Positions 25,855-36,147 of a DNA stretch of 64,000 bases are shown here, piece after piece. The translations under genes and the position numbers were made by a program. Positions within the stretch are counted from its first letter, which is position 1; the number at the start of each line of letters is the position of its first letter. Source of the DNA: Victivallales bacterium (lineage in GTDB: Bacteria > Verrucomicrobiota > Lentisphaeria > Victivallales > UBA1829); contig JAZNPK010000011.1 in the NCBI GenBank assembly GCA_045589595.1, forward strand, positions 341 through 64,340, written 5' to 3'. The notes under the pieces were generated by a model. The model was not told the DNA's origin. It made no database searches and was given only the letters and a program-made list of their open reading frames with translations.

Positions 25855-25895
25855 TTCTGCAGAAGATAAAACAAACAAAATCAGGAGGTTCGGTT

Positions 25896-26732
25896 ATGAG
25901 TTCAAAATGGATCTTTCCCGCAGCTGGAATGATGTTGCTTGCCCTGACGGCATGTCAGACCAAACAGGATGTGCCTGTACCTGATGATCCTCAGGCCCAG
26001 ACATGGAGTCCCGCCATCAAGGCGGCTTACCCCGATTGGCAGCCCACAAAGGATGCTCCGGTTGGAAACGCCGATTATGAAGCACTGTTCGCTGCGAAGC
26101 CCCAGGCTCCGGCTCCGGCAGTGATCGAAGCACCCGCACCTGCTCCGGTGGCACCTGCTCCGGTGATCGACGAAGTGGAAAAAGCAAAATATCCGATCCT
26201 CTACGCTCCGGTCCCGGACAAAGTCCGTCTGGATATTACGGAAAAGGGCGATTGTCTGGTGAACGGTGTCGTTCTGCCGATGGAAATCGTTCAGAAATAC
26301 CTGAAAGCCATTGTGAAAGCTCACGGTGCGGCATCTGTGGCGATCGTCTATCCCCAGACTGCCAAAGTTCCCGCCGGTAAAGTCAATGCCGTGCTGGATC
26401 TCTGCCGTCAGGAAAAAATCGCCAGTGTTTCTCTGGTGATGCCTGCCGCTCCGGCTCCTGCTCCCGCTGCTCCGGCTGCCGGGAAAAAAGTTCCTGCCCC
26501 CGTCAAAAAGAGTGTCCGCATGGTGGTGGACAGTTCCAAGCCTGCCACAGAATATATTGTGCAGAAAGACGACAGTCTCAGCGCGATCGCGCTCAAGCAG
26601 TACAAAAATGCTGCGCATTGGGTATTCATCTACAATGCCAACAAAAATGTTCTGAAAAACCCGAATCGGTTGTCCCCGAAGATGAAGCTGCAGATCCCTG
26701 CATTGAAGGCTGCCGAAACACCTGAAAAATAA
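25896..26732 (+). CDS. LysM-domain lipoprotein with Ala/Pro-rich linkers
   Basis: Lipobox-like LLALTAC. C-terminal LysM (YIVQKDDSLSAIALKQY...LQIP). The central segment weakly resembles an ExbD/TolR-type domain. Confidence 0.75.
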   Translation: MSSKWIFPAAGMMLLALTACQTKQDVPVPDDPQAQTWSPAIKAAYPDWQPTKDAPVGNADYEALFAAKPQAPAPAVIEAPAPAPVAPAPVIDEVEKAKYPILYAPVPDKVRLDITEKGDCLVNGVVLPMEIVQKYLKAIVKAHGAASVAIVYPQTAKVPAGKVNAVLDLCRQEKIASVSLVMPAAPAPAPAAPAAGKKVPAPVKKSVRMVVDSSKPATEYIVQKDDSLSAIALKQYKNAAHWVFIYNANKNVLKNPNRLSPKMKLQIPALKAAETPEK

Positions 26733-26736
26733 TCTT

Positions 26737-27792
26737 ATGAAGATAAAGGACGAACCGTCGTCTGACGACGGTGTTCCGCGATCGGCGGAACAACAAAGGG
26801 AGTCAGGCGGACAGCGTTGTTATTTTGACAGCGCTGCCACGCTTCTTGCAATTTTTGCCGGTGATCTGACCGGCAATCTCAAACTTGCCTCGGAACGGCT
26901 GGGGATCCATTTTGTCTCCCGCGACAACTGGGTCCTGCCGGAGAGCGGTGACGCGGCAACCGCTGAACGGTTTCTGGATTCTTTGCAGGAAATGTACCGG
27001 ATGACCGGGATCCCCCTGCTCCAGCAGGATTTCGACCGTATTCTTTCTGCCGCGGCTGAAAACCGTACCGGTGACCTGAAAGATCTTTTTGCAGAACGGA
27101 TCAAAGTTGCGCCCCGCAAACGTGAGATCATGCCCCGGACACCCGTCCAGCTGGAATATGTCCGTGCGCTGCGGAAAATGCCTGTAGTCTTCGGGATCGG
27201 ACCTGCCGGTACGGGCAAAACTTATCTTGCGATGGCGATGGCGGTTTCCGGTCTTCTTGCCGGAGAATGGGACCGGATCATTCTGACCCGTCCTGCGGTC
27301 GAAGCGGGCGAAAATCTGGGATTTCTCCCCGGCAAACTGGAGGAAAAGATCAATCCGTATCTGCGTCCGCTCTATGATGCGCTTTATGATATGGTGGATT
27401 TTGCCGATGCGGAACAGTTGATCGCCCGGAATGTGATCGAAGTTGCGCCGTTGGCATTCATGCGGGGCAGGACGCTGAACAACGCCTTTGTGATCCTTGA
27501 CGAAGCCCAGAACGCCACGCCGGAACAGATGCTGATGTTTCTGACGCGTCTCGGATTCAAATCCCACTGCGTGATCTGCGGCGACCCGTCCCAGACAGAC
27601 CTGCCCCACCGGAAAGCCTCCGGTCTGCTGGATGCCGTGCGGCGTCTGGAACATATTCCGGAGATCGCGGTCTGCCGTTTCGGATCCGGAGATGTGGTGC
27701 GGCACCGTCTGGTGGAAAAGATCGTCAACGCTTACGAACAGAAACACAGTGCGGCGGTGTCGGAACAGCCTGAAACGGAGGAGCAGTCATGA
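26737..27792 (+). CDS. phoH: PhoH-family ATPase
   Basis: 351 aa with GPAGTGKTYLAMA and ILTRPAVEAGENLGFLPG. Confidence 0.9.
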   Translation: MKIKDEPSSDDGVPRSAEQQRESGGQRCYFDSAATLLAIFAGDLTGNLKLASERLGIHFVSRDNWVLPESGDAATAERFLDSLQEMYRMTGIPLLQQDFDRILSAAAENRTGDLKDLFAERIKVAPRKREIMPRTPVQLEYVRALRKMPVVFGIGPAGTGKTYLAMAMAVSGLLAGEWDRIILTRPAVEAGENLGFLPGKLEEKINPYLRPLYDALYDMVDFADAEQLIARNVIEVAPLAFMRGRTLNNAFVILDEAQNATPEQMLMFLTRLGFKSHCVICGDPSQTDLPHRKASGLLDAVRRLEHIPEIAVCRFGSGDVVRHRLVEKIVNAYEQKHSAAVSEQPETEEQS

Positions 27793-30233
27793 TTTCAGAA
27801 TTGCGGTCGAAACTGCATCAGATCTTTTCACGTTCGCCGGTTATTTCGGCGGTGATCCTCACATTTGTCATGTTCATCTGCTTTGTGATCCTGATCCTGA
27901 TCCCGGCGGAAGCGGATGCGCCGGAAGTGGCAGTGGGGATGTCTCTGCAGTCGCCCATTTATTCCAATATCAGTTTCCAGTATAACGATCGTGAAGCGTC
28001 GCGGAAAGCCGGAGATGCGGCGGAGGAGCGTGTTCCCCACTATTATCAGTTGAACGGGGAGGAGCGTAATGCCCAGCTGGCGGCATTGGATGAATTGTTC
28101 AATGAGATCCGCAGCCGTATCCGGTCACTGGAAGCGAACCGGTCCTATTCCATTCAGGAAAGTCTTGATCCGGATTCGGTGAAATCCAAAGTCCAGCGTC
28201 TTTCAAAAGAGGCGGCGGAAGTTTTCCGGGATGTGGCTGTGGCGCAACGGCTTGACACCTGTTTTGCCGCGTGGAAAGATATTGTCCGGAACGGTATCCT
28301 GCCCCGGAATGTGGAAACTGCGGGAACGGAACATCTGATTGCCAACGAGCGTATTCTTGTGTGCTGCGATTCCGAAGGATGGCGCAGAACGGTCCCGGTT
28401 CCGGCAACATCATTTATGCGTCTTCAGGGAATGGTGGAACGGATGACTGCCGATGTATGCCGTCATCTGGCATTTTCAGCGGACCCGGACGGCAAAGTCC
28501 AGGCGGAGATCCATGCGCTGTTTCAGGGTTTGATGAAAAGTACCTTGAGTTATGATGAGCGTGAGACCGGTCGCCGCCGTGCAGAGGCGCGGAACAAAGC
28601 GCAGGTCTATCAGGAGATCCTGAGCGGGCAGATCCTGATCCCGAAATCTTCCAGTCTGACAGCGGACGAAGTGATGCTGTACAAAGCGTATCAGGAAGCA
28701 CTGAACGCCAGAAGCGGACTGAATCTGAAAGTGAAATATCTGCCGATGATCCATAAAGCCGCCATGGTGCTGGCAATGGTCTTTTTCATCTGTATTTACA
28801 TTGTCCACATCCACCCGGAAGTTGCCCGGAGCAACCGGTCCATCTGGCTGATGGGTGGCATTACGATCATCACGCTGTTGGCGTTCCGTGTGGTCGCGGG
28901 ACTCTTTTTCCAGTTGACGGATGCGCTTGAGATCCCCCAGCTGCTGATCTTTCTGGTGTTGCCGCTGGCAGTGCCGACGCTGCTGATCTCGGTGATCTTC
29001 GGGTTCCGGACGGCGATTTTTATCGGTCTCTTTACCGGCGGGATCGCAGCATTGGCGCTGGGAAATTCCTTCCCCACTGTGCTGACGGGGCTGCTGGTTT
29101 GCGGTACTGCCGGTTTTGTGGTGCGTTACACCACGGACTATAAGAAATTTTTTATCCGTTCCTTCCTCGCCTGTACACTGACGACTGCGTTTGCGGCGGC
29201 GGTGTTTGCCGGCGATTATCTGTTCCGCAGCGAAATGGACGGCGCCCTTGAAGCCGGAAAGGCAATGACCGAACTGCCGGTGCCGGTCAAGACGGCGGAA
29301 CAGGCGGACAAAGCGGAGGACGACGGCAAGATCCTCGGTATTCAGGTTTTCAAGCCCGGTACAAAGGAAATGACGCCCCGGTTTGCCTATCGTGCGCGGA
29401 CGATCCTGATCGGTCTGGGCGCCGTGCCGCTGGCATCGGGGATGATCACAGCTCTGCTGGCGCTGTTGATCCTGTTTCTGCTGGAATCATTGTTCGGCGT
29501 CGTCTCCAATATGTCCTATCTCTCATTTACGGACAGAAATCATAAGTTGTTGAAAGAGCTGCAGTTGAATGCGCCGGGGACTTATCATCACTGCGAGCGT
29601 GTGGCGTTGCTGGCGGAAAATGCCGCCCGCGCGATCGGACTTGATCCTGTGCGTGTTCAGGCGTGCGCGTTGTTCCATGATGTGGGGAAACTGAAATATC
29701 CCGGGATGTTCACGGAAAACAATGCGCCGGGCGAAAATATGCTGACCGGTATGCCGCCGCTGGAAAGTGCGGGGATCATCCGCGAACACGTGACCCACGG
29801 TCTGGAACTGGCGAAAAAATACCGTTTGCCCAAACTGCTTCAGGATGCGATCAGTTCTCATCACGGCACGGACTTTATTTCATTCTTCTACGAACAGGCG
29901 AAACAGAATGGCGGTACAGACGGTCTGCAGGAAAAAGATTACCGTTACAACGGTCCGCTGCCGGAAGAAAAAGAAGTGATCCTGGTATCTCTGGCGGATT
30001 GCAGTGAAGCCGCGGTCCAGAGTATCGAAAAAATGACGCCGGAGACCATCCGCGAAATGGTGGAACTGGTGTTTGAACGGAAACAGAAAGCCGGACAACT
30101 GAACGACTCCCGGTTGTCCCTGAAAGAGATGTATATTGTCCGCAACGCTTTTATTGACACGCTGATCTCCATGCACAAAAAGCGTATTTCTTATCCCGGA
30201 GTCAAAACCGGCAGGGAAGCAGAACAGATATGA
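27789..30233 (+). CDS. 7TM-receptor HD-domain phosphohydrolase (YqfF-like)
   Basis: 814 aa with a multi-TM core followed by an HD domain (HHCERVA...FHDVGK). ATGA overlap with phoH. Confidence 0.85.
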   Translation: MISELRSKLHQIFSRSPVISAVILTFVMFICFVILILIPAEADAPEVAVGMSLQSPIYSNISFQYNDREASRKAGDAAEERVPHYYQLNGEERNAQLAALDELFNEIRSRIRSLEANRSYSIQESLDPDSVKSKVQRLSKEAAEVFRDVAVAQRLDTCFAAWKDIVRNGILPRNVETAGTEHLIANERILVCCDSEGWRRTVPVPATSFMRLQGMVERMTADVCRHLAFSADPDGKVQAEIHALFQGLMKSTLSYDERETGRRRAEARNKAQVYQEILSGQILIPKSSSLTADEVMLYKAYQEALNARSGLNLKVKYLPMIHKAAMVLAMVFFICIYIVHIHPEVARSNRSIWLMGGITIITLLAFRVVAGLFFQLTDALEIPQLLIFLVLPLAVPTLLISVIFGFRTAIFIGLFTGGIAALALGNSFPTVLTGLLVCGTAGFVVRYTTDYKKFFIRSFLACTLTTAFAAAVFAGDYLFRSEMDGALEAGKAMTELPVPVKTAEQADKAEDDGKILGIQVFKPGTKEMTPRFAYRARTILIGLGAVPLASGMITALLALLILFLLESLFGVVSNMSYLSFTDRNHKLLKELQLNAPGTYHHCERVALLAENAARAIGLDPVRVQACALFHDVGKLKYPGMFTENNAPGENMLTGMPPLESAGIIREHVTHGLELAKKYRLPKLLQDAISSHHGTDFISFFYEQAKQNGGTDGLQEKDYRYNGPLPEEKEVILVSLADCSEAAVQSIEKMTPETIREMVELVFERKQKAGQLNDSRLSLKEMYIVRNAFIDTLISMHKKRISYPGVKTGREAEQI

Positions 30234-30709
30234 ATATTTCCATTTCGTGGCGCACAGAAAAACGATTTCTCCGACCGGATCCCCGGAAGGTCAGACGGCT
30301 TGCCGAACGCATTGCCGGATTGGCTGGAACCGGTTTGACGGATGACGGAAACCTGGGCGTCAGTTTTCTGTCATCTGAAAAAATGACGGAAGTGAACTGG
30401 GATTATCTCCGTCATATTGGAGATACAGACGTCATTTGCTTTGATTACCGCGAAAGTGACGGAGATTTTGACGGCGGAGTTGACATACTGATCTGCCCGA
30501 CAGTTGCGGATCGTGAAGCTGCGAAACGGGATCTGCCCTATGCGGAGGAAATAACGCTTTATCTGACCCACGGACTGCTCCATGCAGCCGGAGAAGATGA
30601 TTTGAAACCTGAATTGAAACGGAAGATGCGCCGCGCCGAAAAACGGGTCATGGCAGTGATCAGACAGGAGTTTGATCTGGCATCCATTTTCCGGAAAGCT
30701 GAGGCATAA
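30230..30709 (+). CDS. ybeY: rRNA maturation endoribonuclease YbeY
   Basis: 159 aa. The THGLLHAAGEDD metal-binding region sits in the conserved phoH-ybeY context. Confidence 0.85.
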   Translation: MNISISWRTEKRFLRPDPRKVRRLAERIAGLAGTGLTDDGNLGVSFLSSEKMTEVNWDYLRHIGDTDVICFDYRESDGDFDGGVDILICPTVADREAAKRDLPYAEEITLYLTHGLLHAAGEDDLKPELKRKMRRAEKRVMAVIRQEFDLASIFRKAEA

Positions 30710-30711
30710 CA

Positions 30712-32007
30712 ATGGCATCTGTGTATTACTATGAACTTCTGGGCGTTGCATTTCTGCTGCTGCTCTGGCTGACCTGCGTGTTTGAGGCGTTCGACAGTCT
30801 CTCCGGCGGCAGGATCCGCAAAGTGGAAAACACCAATCCGAAACTGGCGGAAAAAATGGAAATATGGATGGAGCACGACGACGGGCTCCGCGCCGTTCTG
30901 AAAATGCTGATGTTCGTCAGTGCGTCTCTGGTGGGCGTGCTGGGATATCTGGTGCTGGTCAACCTTATGGGGGCGGAATTTGCCCGGAAATGGTGGTGGG
31001 CGGGTATTATCGTTGCCATTACCGCTGCGAGTATGCTCTGCGAACTGTTTGCCCGTTTTATTCTGTACCGGCTGTATATTTTCATGCTCCGGACGGCGAT
31101 TCCCCCGCTTTATTTTCTTTCCAGATCCGTTTTTCTGCCCTTTGTGTGGATCCTTGAAAAAGTGACCGATACCACGGAGGACTGGCATAAACTGGAACAC
31201 GGCGATGAAAAAGTCAGTGTGGAAGACGAGATCATGTCCTACGTGGATAATTACGCGGATGATGCCAACAGCGACCTTCAGGAAGGTGAAAAACAGATGA
31301 TCCGCGGGATCCTTGAGATCGGCGATATGTCTGTGCGCGAGATCATGACGCCCCGCGTGGACCTGTTTGCCATTTCCGGCAGTTCCTCGGTGGCGGATGC
31401 GAAAAAACTTTTTATTGAGTCGGGTCACAGCCGGATCCCCGTTTACGGCAGAAACATTGACGAGATCAAAGGTATTCTTTACGCCAAAGATTTTCTGGAT
31501 GAAAAGAATACATCGGGCAAATCCCTGCTGCAGCTCGCTCATACACCGATCTTCATTCCTGAGACGAAAGAAGTGGCGGAACTGCTGGAAGAGATCAAAC
31601 GGTCCCGGAATCACTTTGCTGTGATCATTGACGAGTTCGGCGGGACGTCCGGCGTTGTCACCTTTGAGGATATCATTGAGGAGATCGTGGGCGAAGTCCA
31701 TGACGAATACGATACGGAGCAGGATTTTGAAAAACGCCCCCAGCAGATGCCCGACGGCTCCATTGAACTGGAAGGCAGAACATCCGTTTCCATCGTCAAT
31801 GAGATCGCCGATGTGGATCTGCCGGAAGATGAAGATACCGATACCATCGGCGGCTACATCTGCTCCGAACTGGGCAGGATCCCGGAACCCGGCACGGAAT
31901 ATGTGATCCCCAACCGGCTGAAAGTCAAAGTGCTTGACGCCGATACGCGCAGGATCAAGACCCTCCGTCTGATGCTGCTGGATGAAGAGGGCGCGGAAAA
32001 TGCCTGA
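30712..32007 (+). CDS. CNNM/DUF21, CBS pair, CorC_HlyC domain protein (hemolysin / CorC family)
   Basis: 431 aa. N-terminal TM domain, MIRGILEIGDMSVREIMTPRVD, then the CBS pair and C-terminal transporter-associated domain. Confidence 0.88.
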   Translation: MASVYYYELLGVAFLLLLWLTCVFEAFDSLSGGRIRKVENTNPKLAEKMEIWMEHDDGLRAVLKMLMFVSASLVGVLGYLVLVNLMGAEFARKWWWAGIIVAITAASMLCELFARFILYRLYIFMLRTAIPPLYFLSRSVFLPFVWILEKVTDTTEDWHKLEHGDEKVSVEDEIMSYVDNYADDANSDLQEGEKQMIRGILEIGDMSVREIMTPRVDLFAISGSSSVADAKKLFIESGHSRIPVYGRNIDEIKGILYAKDFLDEKNTSGKSLLQLAHTPIFIPETKEVAELLEEIKRSRNHFAVIIDEFGGTSGVVTFEDIIEEIVGEVHDEYDTEQDFEKRPQQMPDGSIELEGRTSVSIVNEIADVDLPEDEDTDTIGGYICSELGRIPEPGTEYVIPNRLKVKVLDADTRRIKTLRLMLLDEEGAENA

Positions 32008-32692
32008 CCCCGCTCCGGCAAAAACATCTTTCGCCGCGAAGATCCGCAATGCCGCCATTACCGGCGTATTTGTGGTCATTCCCATCTTTCTTTCTCTGTG
32101 GATCGGTTGGATCATTTATGATTCCCTGACATCCTGGGGCGTTATGTTTGCCGACCGGCTGCCGCGGATCGAAGCGATCTCTCCCTTCTGGCGGATGCAG
32201 TTGATCCGGGTGCTGTGTCTCTTCTGCATGTTTCTGCTGCTGGTCCTTGCCGGAGCGTTGACGAAACTGGCGTTGGGACAGCGTCTGCTCCGGGCGGCGC
32301 AGCAGCTTCTGCTGAAAGTGCCGATCATCAATTTTATTTATTCGACCTGCAAACAGATCGGCGATGCCGTCTGGGGCGCAAAAGGCGGCAATATGTTCCA
32401 TCAGGTGGTGCTGTTTGAATATCCCCGGCGCGGATCGTGGGCGATCGGTTTTCTTACCAACGAAAACCGGGAATCTTTTGAAGTCACCCGGAAACTCGGC
32501 GACCGGGATATGGTCAGTGTATTTATTCCGACAACGCCCAACCCCACCAGCGGATTTCTCTTTTTCCTGCCGCGAGAAGATTGTATTTTTCTTGATATGA
32601 GCGTTTCAGACGCTATGAAACTGATCGTCAGCTGTGGCGGTGTGATCCCTGCCGGAACCGCAGATGCACTGAAAGATGATGTTCATGGATGA
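32000..32692 (+). CDS. DUF502-family membrane protein
   Basis: Two TM helices plus a conserved C-terminal region (PTTPNPTSGF). I chose ATG 32000. The track start 31982 is an alternative. Confidence 0.75.
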   Translation: MPDPAPAKTSFAAKIRNAAITGVFVVIPIFLSLWIGWIIYDSLTSWGVMFADRLPRIEAISPFWRMQLIRVLCLFCMFLLLVLAGALTKLALGQRLLRAAQQLLLKVPIINFIYSTCKQIGDAVWGAKGGNMFHQVVLFEYPRRGSWAIGFLTNENRESFEVTRKLGDRDMVSVFIPTTPNPTSGFLFFLPREDCIFLDMSVSDAMKLIVSCGGVIPAGTADALKDDVHG

Positions 32693-33884
32693 TGCCCGTG
32701 AACAGATCTGGAGTGTTTCCGAAGTCACTGCCATGGTGCGGGAACTTCTGGAACAGAGCCTGCTGCCGATCCGAGTCTGCGGCGAGATCGGCAATCTGAC
32801 CATTCACCGTTCCGGTCACGTTTATATGACGGTCAAGGACCGTTTTTCGCAGATGCGTGCGGTCTTTTTCAATGGTGCCGCCCAATGCCGCGCACTGGAT
32901 CTGCGTCAGGGCGCGGAAGTGGAACTGCTGGGTAAACTCACATTGTATCAGGCGGGCGGGGAATTTCAGATGAATGTCCGCTCCATCCGCCTGAAAGGTG
33001 TGGGGACCCTGCAGGAACAGTTTGATGCGCTGAAACGGAAACTTGCCGCCGAAGGATTGTTTGACGAAGCCCGGAAAAAAGAAATTCCCTTTTTCTGCAG
33101 ACGGATCGGGCTGATCACATCCCCGTCCGGGGCGGCAGTCCGCGACTTTATTCAGGTGGCAACACGCCGTTTTCCCGGTCTTGAACTGCGGATCTGTCCC
33201 GCTCCGGTCCAGGGGAAGGGGGCGGAAAACAAACTGGCGGCAGCCATCCGTTTTTTCAACCGTACCGGCGGCGTGGATGTGATCGTTCTGACCCGGGGCG
33301 GCGGCTCGCTGGAAGATCTGTGGCCATTCAATGAAGAAGTGTTGGCGCGTGCCATTGCCGCAAGTGAGATCCCGGTTGTCAGCGCAGTGGGACACGAAAT
33401 CGATTTCACCATTGCAGATTTTACGGCGGATATGCGCGCACCGACGCCGTCGGCTGCAGCAGAAATGCTTGTACCGGAAAAAGATACGCTCCGCCGGGAT
33501 ATCCGCCAGTTTACCAACCGGATCACCAATGCCATGCGTGTGGCACTGCTGCAGTCGGAAAAACGGCTGGAAAAAGTCCGTCTCCCCAATATCCTCCAGC
33601 GGATGGAACGGAGCAATCAGGAACGGAAACAGCGGGTGGATATGGCGGCGGACCGCATATTCGATCTGATCAGCGGACATGCCGCCGGTTTGCAGCAGCG
33701 TCTGATCCAGGCGGAAAATACAGTGCGGCTCTGTTCGCCCATGAACACGGTGCGGCGGGGCTTTGCCATCCTGAAAGATCCGGTGACCGGCAAACCCGTA
33801 ACGACTGTGGGCGGCGCAAAAGCCGCCGGACACCTGAATGCGATCCTTTCCGACGGCACGGTCTCCGTGGATGTGACGGAGTGA
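32676..33884 (+). CDS. xseA: Exodeoxyribonuclease VII large subunit
   Basis: 402 aa. OB-fold N-terminus (IWSVSEVTAMVRELLE...VCGEIGN...GHVYMTVKD). Several closely spaced ATGs (32676-32691) could serve as the start. Confidence 0.9.
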   Translation: MMFMDDAREQIWSVSEVTAMVRELLEQSLLPIRVCGEIGNLTIHRSGHVYMTVKDRFSQMRAVFFNGAAQCRALDLRQGAEVELLGKLTLYQAGGEFQMNVRSIRLKGVGTLQEQFDALKRKLAAEGLFDEARKKEIPFFCRRIGLITSPSGAAVRDFIQVATRRFPGLELRICPAPVQGKGAENKLAAAIRFFNRTGGVDVIVLTRGGGSLEDLWPFNEEVLARAIAASEIPVVSAVGHEIDFTIADFTADMRAPTPSAAAEMLVPEKDTLRRDIRQFTNRITNAMRVALLQSEKRLEKVRLPNILQRMERSNQERKQRVDMAADRIFDLISGHAAGLQQRLIQAENTVRLCSPMNTVRRGFAILKDPVTGKPVTTVGGAKAAGHLNAILSDGTVSVDVTE

Positions 33885-33887
33885 TTT

Positions 33888-35048
33888 TTACGCGAGATCC
33901 CGGAAATTTTTGATCCGGTGCAGAGTGATCATATCCGTATCGTGTGTATTGACCGCCTCTTTGTCACCGGACCGGCTCAGAACAAGCATATCATCGCCCG
34001 TGATGACAATGGACGCGTAATGGCGCGATTCCAGTTCTGTTTCGCCGTATGCCACCACGCCTGCGGAACACCAGTCGAACCCGTTTTCCGAGGAGAAAAG
34101 TTCCAGTTTGCGCCGTTCATTGAACCAGAGGATGTCGCGGGGAGTCGTTTCCGCTTTCATAAATGTTGTGACCCGCGACCGGGAAGCGATCAGCCAGTAC
34201 CGTTTTGACGGTTCGTCCCAGAGGATGTGGAACTTCATGAATCCGCCGGGAAACGGGATATAAAAAAGTTGATCCGAAATGGTTTCGACCGTCAGAGAGC
34301 CGTCTGCATGTTCTCTGCCCCGGAGCAGAATGGCGGTATCGGGAAATTCCGGATGCTGAACACGCAGATAAATCAGAAGTTCTCCGGAAAAAATACTGTC
34401 CGGGTTCCGCTGCAGGACCACACTGGATTCCAGCCAGTTGGTGAATTTTCCGTTGCCGGGGACAGGATACCGGGACGCCGTCTCCGCATAGCGCAGCCGG
34501 TTGGAGAAAGTCCAGTTTTCCCGTTTTGTCAGATCGTCCGTTTCCTTTGCGCACATGAGGATGGGGTCGCCGCCGCCGCCTGCAAAAATATCTGTCCGGG
34601 GCGTCATTTCCATGGTGATGTAGATTTTTCCGTTCAGACGCTCGTAACTGCCCGCGCTCTGATGCCAGAACGGGGAGTTGTCCAGACAGACCGCTTCGCC
34701 CCAGGTTTCCCCGTTGTCGTCGCTGCGCGCAATGAGCAGATCGCCCCCGTGTCCCAGTGCATACATGGCGTTTCCGGCGGTGAATACCCGGGCGTGAAGC
34801 ATGGGCAGACGCCCGGTCTCGCGCCACGTGAAGCCGTTGTCGTCAGAGACATAGATCCGCAACTGATTCGCGCCGTAATCGCCGTGTTTAGATTTGGGAC
34901 CCGCCTCGTTGCAGAGGGACTTTCCGGCAATGTCAAAGGATGCCACCAGACGGCCGTTGAATCCGTGATCGATCCACGGCGTATAACAGTACAATCCGGC
35001 AGGATCCGGTGAACGGTAGAAAATGGTTTCATTTGCGATCAGTTTCAT
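33888..35048 (-). CDS. BNR/Asp-box repeat protein, sialidase-like
   Basis: 386 aa. Asp-boxes SDDNGFTW and SDDNGETW. No signal peptide was seen. Confidence 0.7.
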   Translation of the reverse strand: MKLIANETIFYRSPDPAGLYCYTPWIDHGFNGRLVASFDIAGKSLCNEAGPKSKHGDYGANQLRIYVSDDNGFTWRETGRLPMLHARVFTAGNAMYALGHGGDLLIARSDDNGETWGEAVCLDNSPFWHQSAGSYERLNGKIYITMEMTPRTDIFAGGGGDPILMCAKETDDLTKRENWTFSNRLRYAETASRYPVPGNGKFTNWLESSVVLQRNPDSIFSGELLIYLRVQHPEFPDTAILLRGREHADGSLTVETISDQLFYIPFPGGFMKFHILWDEPSKRYWLIASRSRVTTFMKAETTPRDILWFNERRKLELFSSENGFDWCSAGVVAYGETELESRHYASIVITGDDMLVLSRSGDKEAVNTHDTDMITLHRIKNFRDLA

Positions 35049-35108
35049 GGGGTGAGATCTCCTTGAGTTGATTGGATCACGATACAGAGTTAAAGTATAT
35101 CCTGCCCC

Positions 35109-35966
35109 TCACTTTTCAAGCGGTTTCAGCGGAAATGCCGTGATATTTCTGATCAATCCCATTTCCGACAGCGCATATTTCAAACCCCGCACCACATTCC
35201 CGGCGGTAACCGGTGTGCCGTAAATCTTTTGAAATGCAAGGACTTCCATCTGTGCGTCCTGCAGCGCGGCAATATCTCCGGTCCGGGCGGCGGCAGCAAG
35301 ACGGACAAAAAGTGCCGGATCCACATTGGCGCCTCCGTTGACGCCCCCGGCAGCTCCCGCAGACATCATTTCCGCCGTAAGGTGTTCCGGTCCGGTAAAG
35401 ACAGGTTTGCCCAGATGTTTTGTGCGTGCGATCACCTGTCGCAGGGCGTCCGGATCACCGGCGCTGTCCTTGTATCCGGCAATGCCGTCGATTTCCAGCA
35501 GTTTCACAGCCAGATCCGTGGAAAAGGCGATCTTCGTCATTCCCGGCATATTGTAAACAAAGATTTTTCCCGGAAAATGTTTGGCGAGGACCGTATAAAA
35601 ATCAATGATCTCCTCCGCACTGTCCGCCGGAAGATAACAGGGCACTGCCGCCACAACAGCATCCGCGCCCGCCGACAGCGCAAAGGTGCCCAGCTCCACC
35701 GTTTCCGCCCCGGATGCGCCGGAGATCCCTGCCAGAAGAGGCACTCTGCCGGAGATGATCTTTACAGATTCCACGATCATTGTTTTCTGCTGGGACAAGG
35801 TCAGCATGGGACCTTCACCGGTGGTGCCGAGAATGAATATCCCATCCACGCCGCCCCGGATCAGATGTTCAAAAAATGGTCCGAGCGCATTCAGATCCAC
35901 TGTTTCCGGATCGGCAAGGGGGGTAATTGCAGGGACAATGATCCCGCGGTATTCGTAAGGTGTCAT
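35109..35966 (-). CDS. DapA/NanA-family pyruvate-dependent lyase (N-acetylneuraminate-lyase-like)
   Basis: Start at ATG 35966 (SD AAGGA). Carries GTTGEG and the Schiff-base lysine context AGYKDSAGD. The track ORF start at 36224 overlaps the divergent lacI gene. Confidence 0.85.
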   Translation of the reverse strand: MTPYEYRGIIVPAITPLADPETVDLNALGPFFEHLIRGGVDGIFILGTTGEGPMLTLSQQKTMIVESVKIISGRVPLLAGISGASGAETVELGTFALSAGADAVVAAVPCYLPADSAEEIIDFYTVLAKHFPGKIFVYNMPGMTKIAFSTDLAVKLLEIDGIAGYKDSAGDPDALRQVIARTKHLGKPVFTGPEHLTAEMMSAGAAGGVNGGANVDPALFVRLAAAARTGDIAALQDAQMEVLAFQKIYGTPVTAGNVVRGLKYALSEMGLIRNITAFPLKPLEK

Positions 35967-36055
35967 GTTTCCGTCCTTTCCAGTTGTGTTGAGTTGTGCC
36001 GGAAGATACCGTATCACGCGGGGAGAAAGAAGGCGAGAAAAAGGCAGGATTTTTC

Positions 36056-36095
36056 TGAAACAAATCTTGAAACATTCCTGAAACATTGCTACATT
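36056..36095 (+). promoter_or_regulatory. Three helically phased TGAAACA direct repeats overlapping a candidate promoter in the divergent control region
   Basis: TGAAACA occurs at 36056, 36068 and 36079 (spacing 12 and 11 nt). TTGAAA (36067-36072), 17 nt, TACATT (36090-36095). Confidence 0.4.
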
Positions 36096-36147
36096 ATACA
36101 CCGGATCAGAGAAAAGAAAAACGGTTTCCCCGGGAGCAGAAAAGACA

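Noticed and set aside
26088-26500. Repetitive GCTCC/GGCTCC-rich DNA inside the LysM lipoprotein gene
   Set aside because: It encodes Ala/Pro-rich linkers (APAPAVIEAPAPAPVAPAP and PAAPAPAPAAPAAG). This is low-complexity coding sequence, not a tandem-repeat locus or array.
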